A stretch of 64,000 nucleotides of DNA from Mobula birostris (lineage: Eukaryota), in the NCBI RefSeq assembly GCF_030028105.1, contig NC_092376.1:37248935-37312934 (forward strand), read 5' to 3'. The notes under the pieces were generated by a model that saw only the letters and a program-made list of their open reading frames with translations, was not told the DNA's origin and searched no databases. Below, in pieces: positions 1-11,014 of this stretch. A program made the translations under genes and the position numbers. Numbering within the stretch: the stretch's first letter is position 1; each line of letters begins with the position of its first letter.

Positions 1-71
1 ATTGGCTGATTGGATATTTGCATAAACGAGCAAGTGTACTGATGTAGCTAATAACGAGGCCACTGACAGTA
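1..71. mobile_element. Right end of TA-target MITE (same family as 62033 and 63043 copies)
   Basis: attggctgattggatatttgcat..aacgagca..ggccactga matches ~62496-62560 and 63544-63612. Confidence 0.8.
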
Positions 72-189
72 GCTTAAGAGTAAAAGCAAAAAGCATTTTT
101 TTCAATATTTCTGTTTGTTCTGCCATCTCCCTTGTTATTTAAACGTGTTCTTACATTGATTTCTTGTGGTTTAATTTGTGATTAGTTAG

Positions 190-520
190 AGATTTGAAGC
201 AGTTGTTATCACTGTAAGGGTTACAACATTGATGTAAAGTCTAATTTGTCAGGGTTACTTCAATAACTGCCACAACAGAGAACTTTAATGGTGCCAATGG
301 CTCATATTGTGAAGACAGAATGAACAGGGTGCCGCCACAGTGATGGGGCGGCCATGTGATCAACCATGTTGAGGTACCTGAGAATGGCTCCGAGTTTCAT
401 TCTGAAAGTATAAACAAATACAGAGTCAGTGGAAAGCAAAATTTTCAACAAGTTGAGTGTTCTTGTAATAAACAATCATTTAGCAAAGGAAGGAAAAGGG
501 AAGTTTTAAGGAGACTCACG
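190..520 (+). pseudogene. GREB1-like pseudo-exon A (helicase Walker-B-like region)
   Basis: RFEAVVITVR..YFNNCH (cf. KFEVFMRRVK..VHDNSH), GGHVINHVEVPE at 347-382 (cf. ADRVINCREVLE), FILKV*TN (cf. LVLQVSSF). Needs frameshifts; donor cacg|gtacac is weak; acceptor approximate. Confidence 0.55.
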
Positions 521-2049
521 GTACACAAATGCTGTAAGATTTCATTAACTGCACTTGGCTATTGCCATGTCCAGAACTCATTTATCTTTATCCCAAATGT
601 TTGGGCCATCTCAGTCTCATTTGGTTTGGCTCATTTCCCAGCAATCTAGCTTAGTTGGTAACTTAACAATCTGGTTTTATTTCCCTCAAAGAACAGGATA
701 CAAACCCTCTTACAATAGCATCTATCAAGCTCCACAGTTAATATATTTGTAAACGTATGGCAGATTTTATTTAGACAGGTCTTACTTATCTGAGAAGTAC
801 TTCTATCATCACTAGTTCATTGCAGACAATGGATCACACATGACAATCCACACATCTGAATTCATGCAAGCTGTTTAGGCAAGCTGACTGGGTTAAGAGT
901 CATCATTGCATTTCATTCATGTGAAAATATTTGTGCCTTCTATGTGTACATCACCAATGAGCAGTATTTTTTTTTCAATTTTCCCTCCCCCAATGCAGAA
1001 ATTCAACCCAACAAGTTAGCAAGGCCTTTCTTTGACCTACTGGGCTTCTCCAGCAGATTCTTTGTTGGTCTAGAAATAAATGGGTGTGGCAAAGATAATT
1101 AAAAATGTATGCTCCATGTGCTCTTTACAGTTAAAGATCTAAATGTTGTCAGAGCTATCACAATAATTCTATGGGGATTCCTTTCAATTAGACTCACCAC
1201 ATTACAGTGCTTAGTATTCTAGGGCAATACTGGGAGAGGTCTTGTTATTAAATATGTCATTCTTTAGAATAATTGTATTAGGGTTAGTTATTTCTGTTCA
1301 GAGGGATGATAACTTCTCATGCATTTTTTCTAGTTGCCCTGGCCAGCATTCATCATTCAACTAAAAGAATATGCAGTCATTTACCTTGGGAATTTGCCAA
1401 GTGCAAACCGCTGCTTAAAACATCTGCTACATTTGCTTCTTTTGTCTACGTGAATCGACTAATTAAGGATTTGAAGCACTAAGAGAACAACTTTGTAGTA
1501 ATAAAATCCATTGAAGGAGATAATATTGATGCAATGTTGTCAAGGATTGTCTGCCTTGCCTCCAAAATAACTCTTGGTATGAATAAAAGAGTTGTGTGTC
1601 ACAATTGCAGGTTGATTTCTGTTCATGGATACAACATCTGCAGTCTAAGACATTGCTAACATTTTTGATCAATTAAATAAACGGTTTCCCAATCTCTGGT
1701 TTGGTAATGCCCTTTTAACCATAGCTGCATGTGAGAAAAATGGAGGGGGAGCCTGGTGCTCCTAGATTCACCAACTGTGATTGACCCAAATGTCTATAAT
1801 GCCAAAAATCATTTGGTTATAATTTAAGAAGCGGTGTTTTACCGTAGTACCAAAGCGATGCACAGTTTGGAAAGTTTCACTAAGGTAGTTCATCTACCAT
1901 AAACTATTGGAACTGGACAGTATTTTAAAACATGACCAGTACAGTCAAGTCAAGATTGTACACTACAGAAAGCAAACTAGATCATAACAATGAAAATCTG
2001 AGACACCAGCAGAAAGAACTGAAGACACAGCTATCTCTTGTGTTCCCAC

Positions 2050-2335
2050 TTATTAATCTCTAGCAGTTGTTCTTCACAATCCTCCTGGTCACATCTTACT
2101 TTTCGGTTTGCCTCTTCTCCCCAATCCTCCCCCTTCCCTACCTGGCTCCATCTCGCTGTCATTCTTCAACACCACCTCCCGAAGTACTCCCTCTGGGCTC
2201 TTTCACATTATGACCCTCTCTTCTTCATTCTAGCTAGTTTCCCTCTCCACTCTCAGTCTCAATGGAGAGATTCAACCCAAAGGTTAACAATGCCTTTCCT
2301 TGACCCACTGGGCTCCTCCAGCAAATTCTTTATAG
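2050..2335 (+). mobile_element. Decayed PLE 3' remnant
   Basis: Pyrimidine-rich tract followed by gacccactgggctcctccagca, similar to other PLE ends here. Confidence 0.5.
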
Positions 2336-2486
2336 GTCTAGAAAGAAATGGGTGTGGCAAAGATAACTATATTGACATAATTTTGGGAATAACTATAATA
2401 TTTGTATTAAAATGAACTTAGTAATATGATTGGAGTATATACCAATTGAAATTATTGCAAAATTAATGCTATTTTCCATTAAGAAA

Positions 2487-3280
2487 GTCATAGAGCAAGG
2501 CAGCACAGAAACAGGCCCCTCACCCATCTAATCTGTGCTGATCTTTTTTTTCTCAGTCCTGTCCACCGACATCCAGAACATAGTCCCCTATACCCCTCTC
2601 ATCCATGTACCATTCCGAACTTCTCTCAAGTGTTGCAATTGAACCCGCATCAAACACTTCCGCTGGCTGCTCGTTCCACAAACGCAATACCTCCTGAGTG
2701 AAGTTCCCTCGGAAACCCCTAAAGTATTTCACACTTCAGTTTAAACCTATCTCCTCTAGTTCTAGTCTCACCCAATCTCAGGGTAAGAAGCCTGCAAGCA
2801 TTCACTCCAAATATACCCCTCATAATTTTGTATACCTCTATAAAATCTCCCCTCATTCATCTCTGCTCGAGGGAATAAAGTTCTACACCATTCAACCTAT
2901 CCCCAAAACTTTGTCTTCAAGTCCCAGCAACAGCCTTGGAGATTTTCTCTCCTCTTTTAAACTTATTGATATCTATCTTATAGGTAGGTGACCAAAACTG
3001 CATAGAATACTCTAAATTCAGCCTCATCAGTGTTTTATATTATGTCAACTTCCGTATTAAGTTCTCTGATATATGCAGGACAATGTGGCAAAAACGTTCT
3101 TTATGACCCCATCTACCTGTGACACTACAGATAGACACTACAGAATGCAGATTATAGATCTTTATTCCCTTTGTTCTACCGGACGCCTCAGTGTCCTACC
3201 ATTCACTCTGTAAGTCCTACCCTGGTTTGTCCTGACAAAGTGCATCTCAATATGTCTGCATTAAATTCTATCTGCTGGTT
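2487..3280 (-). mobile_element. CR1 LINE 3' fragment
   Basis: catagagcaaggcagcacagaaacaggccc 3' end and similarity to CR1 ORF2 C-termini elsewhere in the window. Confidence 0.8.
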
Positions 3281-3670
3281 GTCAATTAGGAGATGTTATT
3301 TCCGATCTGTACTGACTGTAATCTCCCAATAAGGAAGGCAAGGGTCCAGCTTCAGAGGGAGGTACACAGGCTCAGCTTTTGGAGCTTGTTGACTAGTACT
3401 GAGGGTGTGGAGGCATTGTACGATGAGCTGTAATCAATAAACAGCAGTCTGATGTAGGTATTTCATTTGTCCTGGTGATCCAAGGCAGAACGCAGAGCCA
3501 GCAAGACTGAATCCACTTTAACCTATTGTGGCGATAGGCAATTTGCAGTGGGTCCAGGTCATTGCATAAGCAGGAGTTGATCTGGGCGATGATCAACCCC
3601 TCAAAGCACTTCATCACAGTAGATGTGAGTGCAACTGGGCGATAGTCATTGAGACAGCTCATCCTGCTAT
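3281..3670 (-). mobile_element. Rex-Babar LINE RT fragment
   Basis: ORF 3393..3662 CLNDYRPVALTSTVMKCFE..LDPLQIAYR. Confidence 0.85.
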
Positions 3671-3802
3671 TCCAGCCCTACCTTCCCTCGGAGGGCACTC
3701 TTTTATGTTTCCCATTTATTGTTCCCACTTTTTTCATCAATTTGATTCTACTCTCATCCCTTTGAAATTGTTTGATAACCAACCTATCTGACTCATGCCT
3801 AA

Positions 3803-4080
3803 TACACACATGAGATTCTGCGGATGCTGGGGGAAATAAATGCTGGATGACCTCAGCAGATCAAGTCGCGTCAACGCAGAGGAATAAACATTTGATGTTT
3901 CAGACCAAGCCCTTTCATCAAGACTGGGAGGGAAGGGGGAAGAAGACAGAATAAGAAGGTGGGGGGAGGAGAAGGAGTACAAGCTGGGAAGTGATACATG
4001 AAACCAGGTGGGTGGGGGAGGAGGGATGAAGTGAGAAGCAGGCAGGTGATAGGTGGAGAAGGTAAAGGGCTGAAGAAGAT
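3803..4080 (-). mobile_element. PLE 3' terminal fragment
   Basis: Similar to the left end of the PLE at 55322; decayed hammerhead core and purine-rich tract. Confidence 0.75.
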
Positions 4081-4689
4081 GCTTAATATATTTCTCGATA
4101 GAATTACAATAAATAATAATTACACTTACATACAAATACATTTTTTTCTGACTTTAAAATATGCAAATACTTTACATGGCAATTTAGGTATCTTTTGGTG
4201 TATACTTGCAGTGGTAACATACATGCATTAATTTTATTGTTGTCCAATTGTTGCTGAAGCTGAGGTGACTTTACCCCATTACCTTACCTTATTTGTTCTT
4301 CCTCTCTCTAGTCAATTGTGTTAAAACTATTCCCCGTGATTTTACACCCAGGTCAAGGGAACTGCACCTTTTTTACTGTATGGACTTCAAAATCTTATGC
4401 AATTTAGGACAATGGTAAAAATCACTCAAATTTCCTTAAATGTAAAATTCAAATGCAACAGTCTAGTGGAATGAATTCGCAACCAATAAATTGTTTTTTT
4501 TTCAAGTTAATATTGTTATTATTTTATCAGAAAATAGACTTAAACATTATTGTAAGCTATAGCAAAGCAACACTTGTGCCTGAATTACCGGGTGCGGCAA
4601 ATCTCCCAGGGAGGTGGGGTGTTATATCTCAGTTCAATACAATAAAGGTGATTATAAAGACAAGTGAAGAATTGTACATTTCTTTCCAG

Positions 4690-5027
4690 GAGTGAAATAT
4701 TAGAAAATAAGGAGAATTTTTCTGAGAAGTACTTTGGTGAAAAAAGGTAACATTATCCTGTTACATGTCCTTGGGAAGGAGTTAAGAAGCATTGCCCGAT
4801 CAAGGAGTTCAGATGATGTCACAAACTGTGAGAATGAAGCTCAAGTGGTTCCTCAACATAAAATGAACCCCAAGATTGAGTTACACCCTACGGCTTCCTT
4901 ATGAATATCTGTTATTGTCATAATACCTACTGCTTTCTGTGTTTTGGCGGGGGGAGCACTCAGTTGAAAGGTGTTGCATTACCTTTAGCTTCACAGCTGG
5001 CTGGCTGAGATCCTTAGTATATGTAAA
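4690..5027 (+). pseudogene. GREB1-like pseudo-exon B
   Basis: Acceptor tttctttccag|, donor |gtaatg. SEKYFG (cf. EKLYFG), then in another frame DQGVQMMSQTV..PRLSYTLRLPYEYLLLS*Y (cf. DETFEKMVNTL..PRLHSMVVRCYLLIQQY). Confidence 0.6.
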
Positions 5028-5921
5028 GTAATGTTAACTGGATTAAAGCATTGCATATCAAGTAGAGAAGCTTTATTATTTCAGTAATCCATTAGGTTAT
5101 CTACTCTACAGTACACATTATAGGATAATAGGTATCTTGGGTGGATGGCAAGCACTGATATATTAAGAAGTTCGGGTGACATAAATCCTGTGAGTGGAGC
5201 TCAAGCTTGCAGTGTATGTAATTCATATCACAAAGCCTATTACTGCTCAGGAAAATGCCTATTTATTTGTTTCTGTCCAGGTTTTCACTCTTGAGAAAAT
5301 AAGATAGTGATCAGGACTCTGAGGCTTATGCAACCTGAGTTGAAAATAATAAGATATAAGAGAAGCTTATTCAGAAACTTATAAAACAATGTCAGACTTG
5401 AAATTTGGGTTCTCTGGACATTATACAAAGAAATGAAGAATGAGGTTTTGAGTGAAAATGGAATAAGAAGAAATACTGTGGGACAGTAGCTACAATTTAG
5501 AAGCTTAGAGCAATGGCAGAGCAAGATTCAAAGCAACAATGAAAATAAACAATAATAAACTGAAATGAGATAAAGAAGGCTGAAATAGAGCTTTGAGGTT
5601 GTGTTTGAGAAGTAAAAGGGTTGCTTTTCAGATGAAAAAGTATGATTAAAGATATATTGGTTAATATAATCTTAGAAAGGAAAACTCAGATTAATATACT
5701 GCCCATCACAAAGATTATTTACAACCTGCAAAATATTGCTGAGGTTGTAGTGTTGCTGTGATAAAGTCTTTAAACCTCTCCTGAGAGTGCTACATTGTAT
5801 TAGTTTAACATTTAATTCAAACAACAGCATATGCCTCAGTAAAAAAAGTTCTTCAGATTTTGTGCTATTTTCCCTGTGACTCAAATTAAAGTAAAATATA
5901 TGGTTGTCTGGCTTTTTGTAG

Positions 5922-5988
5922 GAAACATTGGAGGATGCAAAGTGTGTTTTACATAGAGGATAAAAGATGATTCTTGCTAAATTAAAAG
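5922..5988 (+). pseudogene. Possible small pseudo-exon C
   Basis: Acceptor ggctttttgtag|, donor aag|gtgaat; stops in all three frames; frame ambiguous. Confidence 0.3.
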
Positions 5989-6324
5989 GTGAATATTGAG
6001 AAACATAAGAAACATAATTTGTAGGAATGATTTTCTCTTTTTATTATCTTGTTTATTATTTTGGCAATCATTTTTGAGCATTTTAATATCAAAAATTAAT
6101 ATTACTGCTTAGAAATCTGAATATAGTGAACCAAATTACATTGAGCAGTACTATTCAGATGAACTATTCATAATCAGGACATTTTGGGGAGTGAATATGA
6201 GAAATCTCGCTGCTGACCTCAACACCAGGATGAAAAGTGAACTGTCTACAATAATAGAGATTGCGAAGCCATTCATTTACACTTAGTTCAGTGAACGGAT
6301 TTTGCTGTTAAGATGTCATGTAAT

Positions 6325-7370
6325 TTTTATCCCTTTGAAATTATTGGGAAGATTCTTAAGAACAATATTTACTCGCATTTTCAGGTGACATTGACTTATT
6401 AGGGATAGCATGGTTTTATGCGACTGAGTTTTTTTTGAAAGGTAACAAAAATGATTGATAGGACTGTATACGTTGTTTACATTGACATTAATAAAGCATT
6501 TGACTAGGTCCATCATGGTAGATGTGAAGAAGGTTAAATTACATAGTATCAATGATGAGTTGGTAAATTCGATACAAAGTTAGCTTTGTCATAGCAGACA
6601 GAAGGTGGTGTTGGAAGGGTGTTCTATTGATTGGAGGTTTGTGACCAGTGGGGTTCTGCAAGGAACGGTGCTGTTCCTTGCAGAATCCCATCTGCAAACA
6701 AGAGAAAATCTGCAGATGCTGGATACCCAAAATGCTGGAGGAACTCAGGAGGCCTGGCAGCATCTATGTAAAAGAGTACAGTCGACGTTTCTGGGTGAGG
6801 TCCTTCATTCCGTCAACTTTACCCTTACATAGATGCTGCCTGGCCTGCTGAGAATCCCATCTGTCATTGCTTGTAAGACAAATGCATGTATGTTTTGTTT
6901 GAAAATGTAAGTTTTCTGTTTAGGAAGTTGACAGGTGACAGAAAATTGGTGGAATTGTAGAGCTTTAAGAAGATTGTCAAAGGATATAGTAAGATATAGA
7001 TCAGACTGGAAGCTGGACAGAGAAATAGCTTATGGAGGCCAGTGCATTGGGGCATTTTGGGAGGGCAAAAGGAAGAGGAAGCTACACAACAAGTAACCCA
7101 TTGAAGCGTTGATTACAGAGGGACTTGGGGTGCAAATCCATAGCTCCTAGACATGGGAGGCAAGTTTTTACACTGAGAAAAGTAAGTGCCTAGAATGCAC
7201 TGCCAGGGGAGGTAATAGAATCAGATAAGATAGTAATGTTTAAGAGGCATATAGATAGGCACATGAAAAAGCAGGGAATTGATAGGTTCATTCTGTGTGC
7301 TGACAGATATGATTAGTTAGATAGACATCATGATCAACATGGATTTAGTGGCCTGACGGGCCTGTTTTTG
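6325..7370 (+). mobile_element. Decayed CR1 fragments interrupted by a PLE fold-back
   Basis: WRFVTSGVLQG RT motif and CR1 3' UTR-like end. Confidence 0.7.
6695..6850. mobile_element. Fold-back PLE terminal insertion with 13-bp TSD
   Basis: agaatcccatctg at 6682-6694 and 6851-6863; inverted arms ggcagcatctatgtaa / ttacatagatgctgcc. Confidence 0.85.
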
Positions 7371-7418
7371 AGAAGTTAAATGATTTTTTTACATTTTACA
7401 TTCCTAGCATAAATTGTT

Positions 7419-7484
7419 TCAATGTTGTAAGACAATAAAACCTGAAAACTTCCAAGTGGGTGAATACTTTTTATAGGCACTGTA
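7419..7484. mobile_element. Orphan Tc1 TIR end
   Basis: Matches 17790-17854 (gggtgaatactttttataggcact) and ends in TA. Confidence 0.8.
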
Positions 7485-7814
7485 TATTCAAACCTCATTT
7501 TAGGTGACTCTGATGCATATAATTTCAAACAAGGTACCGTTGTCCACAATTTGAAAGAGATTTATCTTTAATCTGTTTTCGAATGAAACAACCAAGATGC
7601 ATAAGAAACAAAGGTAGATTGATTGCATTGCTACTTTACAACTTTCAGTCTTTTGGGCTGTTTCATTATTAGATGTAGCCTATTTTATTATCTAATCCTA
7701 TTACAAAATTTAGAAAACTTAAAACACTTTCATTTCAAGTCTTTTCTTCAATCAAAGCAGATATTTGCCAAAATGGCTATAAGCCTCTTTTACAAAGTAC
7801 AATAGTCTCTAAGA

Positions 7815-8986
7815 CAGCAGTCCCCAACCACCGGGCCGCAGAGCATGCGCTACCGGGCCGCGAGGAAACGATATGATTTGGCGATATGAGTCAACTGCAC
7901 TTTTCCTCATTCCCTGTCACGCACTGTTGAGCCATTACCCGCGCGTCATCCATTTCAGCGCAGGAAGGAGATCAACTCCTCGAGCTTGCAAATGACGGCG
8001 GGCTGAAAAGTCTGTTTGACATAACATCTCTGCCAGCATTCTGGGTAAAAGTCAAGGCTCAATATCCTGAGATAGCCACGGAAGCACTGAAAATGTTGCT
8101 TCCATTTCCAACATATCTCTGTGATGAATGTAACAAAAACTAAATTGCGGATTAGACTGGACATAAGGAACCCCGTTCAAGTACCGCTGTCCCCCATCAC
8201 CCCTCAATAGGACCGTCTTGTTGCAGGAAAACAAGCCCAGGGCTCCCACTGATTCAGCAATATTGGTGTGTTGCAATGATGTTATATGTTCATACAGGGA
8301 AAATATGTGCTGTGTGTTTAATATCCAAACGTTACTTAAAATGTTATGATCCTATTGACTTATAAAACCATATAGCAATTACAGCACGGAAACAGGCCAT
8401 CTCTGCCCTTCTAGTCCGTGCCAAACTCTTACTCTCACCTAGTCCCACCGACCTGCACTCAGCCCATAACCCTCCATTCCTTTCCTGTCCATATACCTGT
8501 TCAATTTAACTTTAAATGATAATATCGAACCTGCTTCTGACACTTCTACTGGAAGTTTGTTCAATACTTACTTCAAGCTCCCCTGTCCTCCCCTGATGAT
8601 TGACTTATCGCTATATTCATGCAAGGAAAATGCGCTGTGTGTTTAATATTAAATTCATTAGATAAACCCTTTTAGAAATGAAATTGAGTGTATTAGCCAC
8701 TTATCACCGATATTCCGGTCGTGATTAACACCCCCCCCCCCGAACAGAATCGCCAAAAACGACTTGTAGAAAAATAATCGACACGAGCGCGCATGCGCAA
8801 ATAATGGATGCGCACTGCTGCCCGCGCAAGGCTTCATGGTCATTGTAGTCTTTCTCTGGGTAAATGCAACGTATTTGACTGCTACTCTTGTCCGCTGGCA
8901 ACCATCCCGCCCCCCGGTCCGCCGGTCAGCAAGAATATTGTCAACATGAAACCGGTCCGCACTGCAAAAAAGGTTGGGGACCCCTG
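7815..8986 (+). mobile_element. Non-autonomous hAT (Charlie/Buster-type) transposon
   Basis: 8-bp TSD ctctaaga (7807-7814, 8987-8994); TIRs cagcagtccccaacc / ggttggggacccctg; transposase C-terminal remnant QLLELANDGGLK..FWVKVKAQYPEIA..LLPFPT..KQAQGSH* at ~7970-8252. Confidence 0.92.
8364..8560 (-). mobile_element. CR1 3' end inside the hAT element
   Basis: tacagcacggaaacaggcc..cccataaccctccattcc typical of CR1 3' ends. Confidence 0.75.
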
Positions 8987-9511
8987 CTCTAAGAAATAGC
9001 AGAAAAGTAATGATCAGAATGTATTTTCTTTACATTAATCACTTTCCAAGAATGATGTTGAAATTACACAGCAGTGAAGAACTGCAATACCCAAAAATGA
9101 ATCCTCACTAAATATTATGCCAGTATCAAATAAAAACCAATGTTATCTGTGATCTAGTCAGCTGGCAAAGGAAATTCAATAAAGGTTTTGGAAAAACCTA
9201 ATGTTTATGTTTCCTCGATTAACTTTTAATAAAATGATTAGATTTCTTCAAATTATTTTGGACCAATTCATCATTCTAATTCTAACTGGATCTGGGATGT
9301 GTTCAAAAGCTGTAATTTTACAACTCAAGCTGATAAGCAATATTGTGAGACTGTGACTGAAGATTAGGATAATAGCCACTATTTCCTCCAGAGGCACGTC
9401 CCTCATTCAAATTAAGAATTCTGCCAAAAATATGCCCAAAGAGTGGATATTAGTCAGCTAAGTGTTTAAACCTTTAACTCTGTCCACCTATCCACAAGTG
9501 CTCCAGAACAC

Positions 9512-9965
9512 AAGTGCGGAGAACATTTATAATGATGTTGCCGGGACTTGGGGACCTAAGTTGTAGGGAAAGGTTGAATGGGTTAAGAATTTATTCTCTG
9601 CAGCGTAGAAGAGTGAGGGGAGATTTGATAGAGGTATACAAAATTATGAAGGGTATAGATAATGTAAATGTAAGCAGGCTTTTTCTGTGGAGGTTGGGTG
9701 AGATTAGAACTGGAAATCATGGGCTAAGAAGAAAGGTGACATATTTAAGGGAAACATGCAGGGAAACTTCTTCACTCAGAGTGTGGAACAAGCTGCCAGT
9801 GGAAGTGGTGGATATGGGTTCAATTGCAACATTTAAGAGAAATTTAGATAGGTATATGGATAGGATGGGTATGGTCCAGCTGCAGGTTGATGGGACTACG
9901 CAGATTAATAATTGGAATGGACTAGGTGGGCAAAGGGCCCATTTCGATACTGTTGTGTTCGATGA
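9512..9965 (+). mobile_element. CR1 3' fragment
   Basis: ORF 9514: YSLQRRRVRGDLIEVYKIMKG..FKRNLDRYMD. Confidence 0.9.
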
Positions 9966-10012
9966 CTTTGTGTATTTTTGGCATTTATACTTTTATTTTT
10001 TGCTCAAAATAG

Positions 10013-10334
10013 CAGTTGCCAGTGTTGCACTTAGGGGCAGATTTAACAGCATTAGCATTGGTATTCAAGTTTAAACTTGTGCTCTGTTTTGATAATCGTT
10101 ATGTGGATGCAATCATAAATCAATACTTTATATTTTATTGCTGTGGACATACCCTGTCATCTGGAGAAGAATGGAAGCTAAAAGACATAAAAACAAAGCA
10201 GTTCTATAAGAGAAAACCAATCCACAACACCAGCCAGTTTTACTATAAATTATACTCTTCCGTGTATTCAATGTGCTTTGAATTTGAATAGGTTTCATGT
10301 TTACTATTGCTTATGCATCCACGTAATGAGACAG
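10013..10334 (+). pseudogene. GREB1-like pseudo-exon D
   Basis: T-rich acceptor tag|cag, donor cag|gtaaat; 92 open codons (ORF 10016..10291) then one TAG. LALVFKFKLVL, GEEW, FE*VSCLLLL (cf. LGLQYRFEIIL, PEEW, LDGLPCIVIL). Ends phase 1, matching the long frame of the 31066 exon. Confidence 0.65.
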
Positions 10335-11014
10335 GTAAATTATTTAAGGAAATCTAAAATATATCTTATCAAACAACATGGTAGGTGACATGTTTGTTAA
10401 TTATATTTTTCTCTTTCTCTCCTCTGGGTGATATATTCTCTGCATAAATGTATGACAGGAAACATACCTTCAGGCTGCTGCTAGAGTTGAAGGAGAACAA
10501 AGCACTAAAAGTCCATGTAAATTTAATAAAGAAGGTTCTCTAAATGCATAGCACTAAACTGCAAGTCTTCTAATCATGATTACTCATCCACTCTGTGCCA
10601 AACACACTCTGGCACAGTTTTTATTTTGTTGCCAGTTTTGAGCCGCAGAGTGGAATTTATTGGATATCTCTGTCAAAGGATCAGCAGTGCCACTGTGGGT
10701 CACTTGGCCTCCAAACTAGGATTTTATAACACGTTTTCTGGAATTATTGTGAGCAAAATTGGGATTTATTGGTAATCCCAGGTAGCTTTAAGGATGTGGT
10801 AGTTACAGCTGCACTTCATTCCACATTCTTCATGATGCTTTGTTGCAACTTATGGACTATGTGCACATCACAGAGCAATTATGTTGGGACAGTTTTGCAC
10901 TCTGACTGCAGCCATTGTGTAAGCTCTAAAACCACATTAAATTTCTCAATGTCCCCATGGCATGACTTCAACTCATATTTTCTGGGTAATTCTGCTGGCC
11001 TTCGGTTAAGTATT

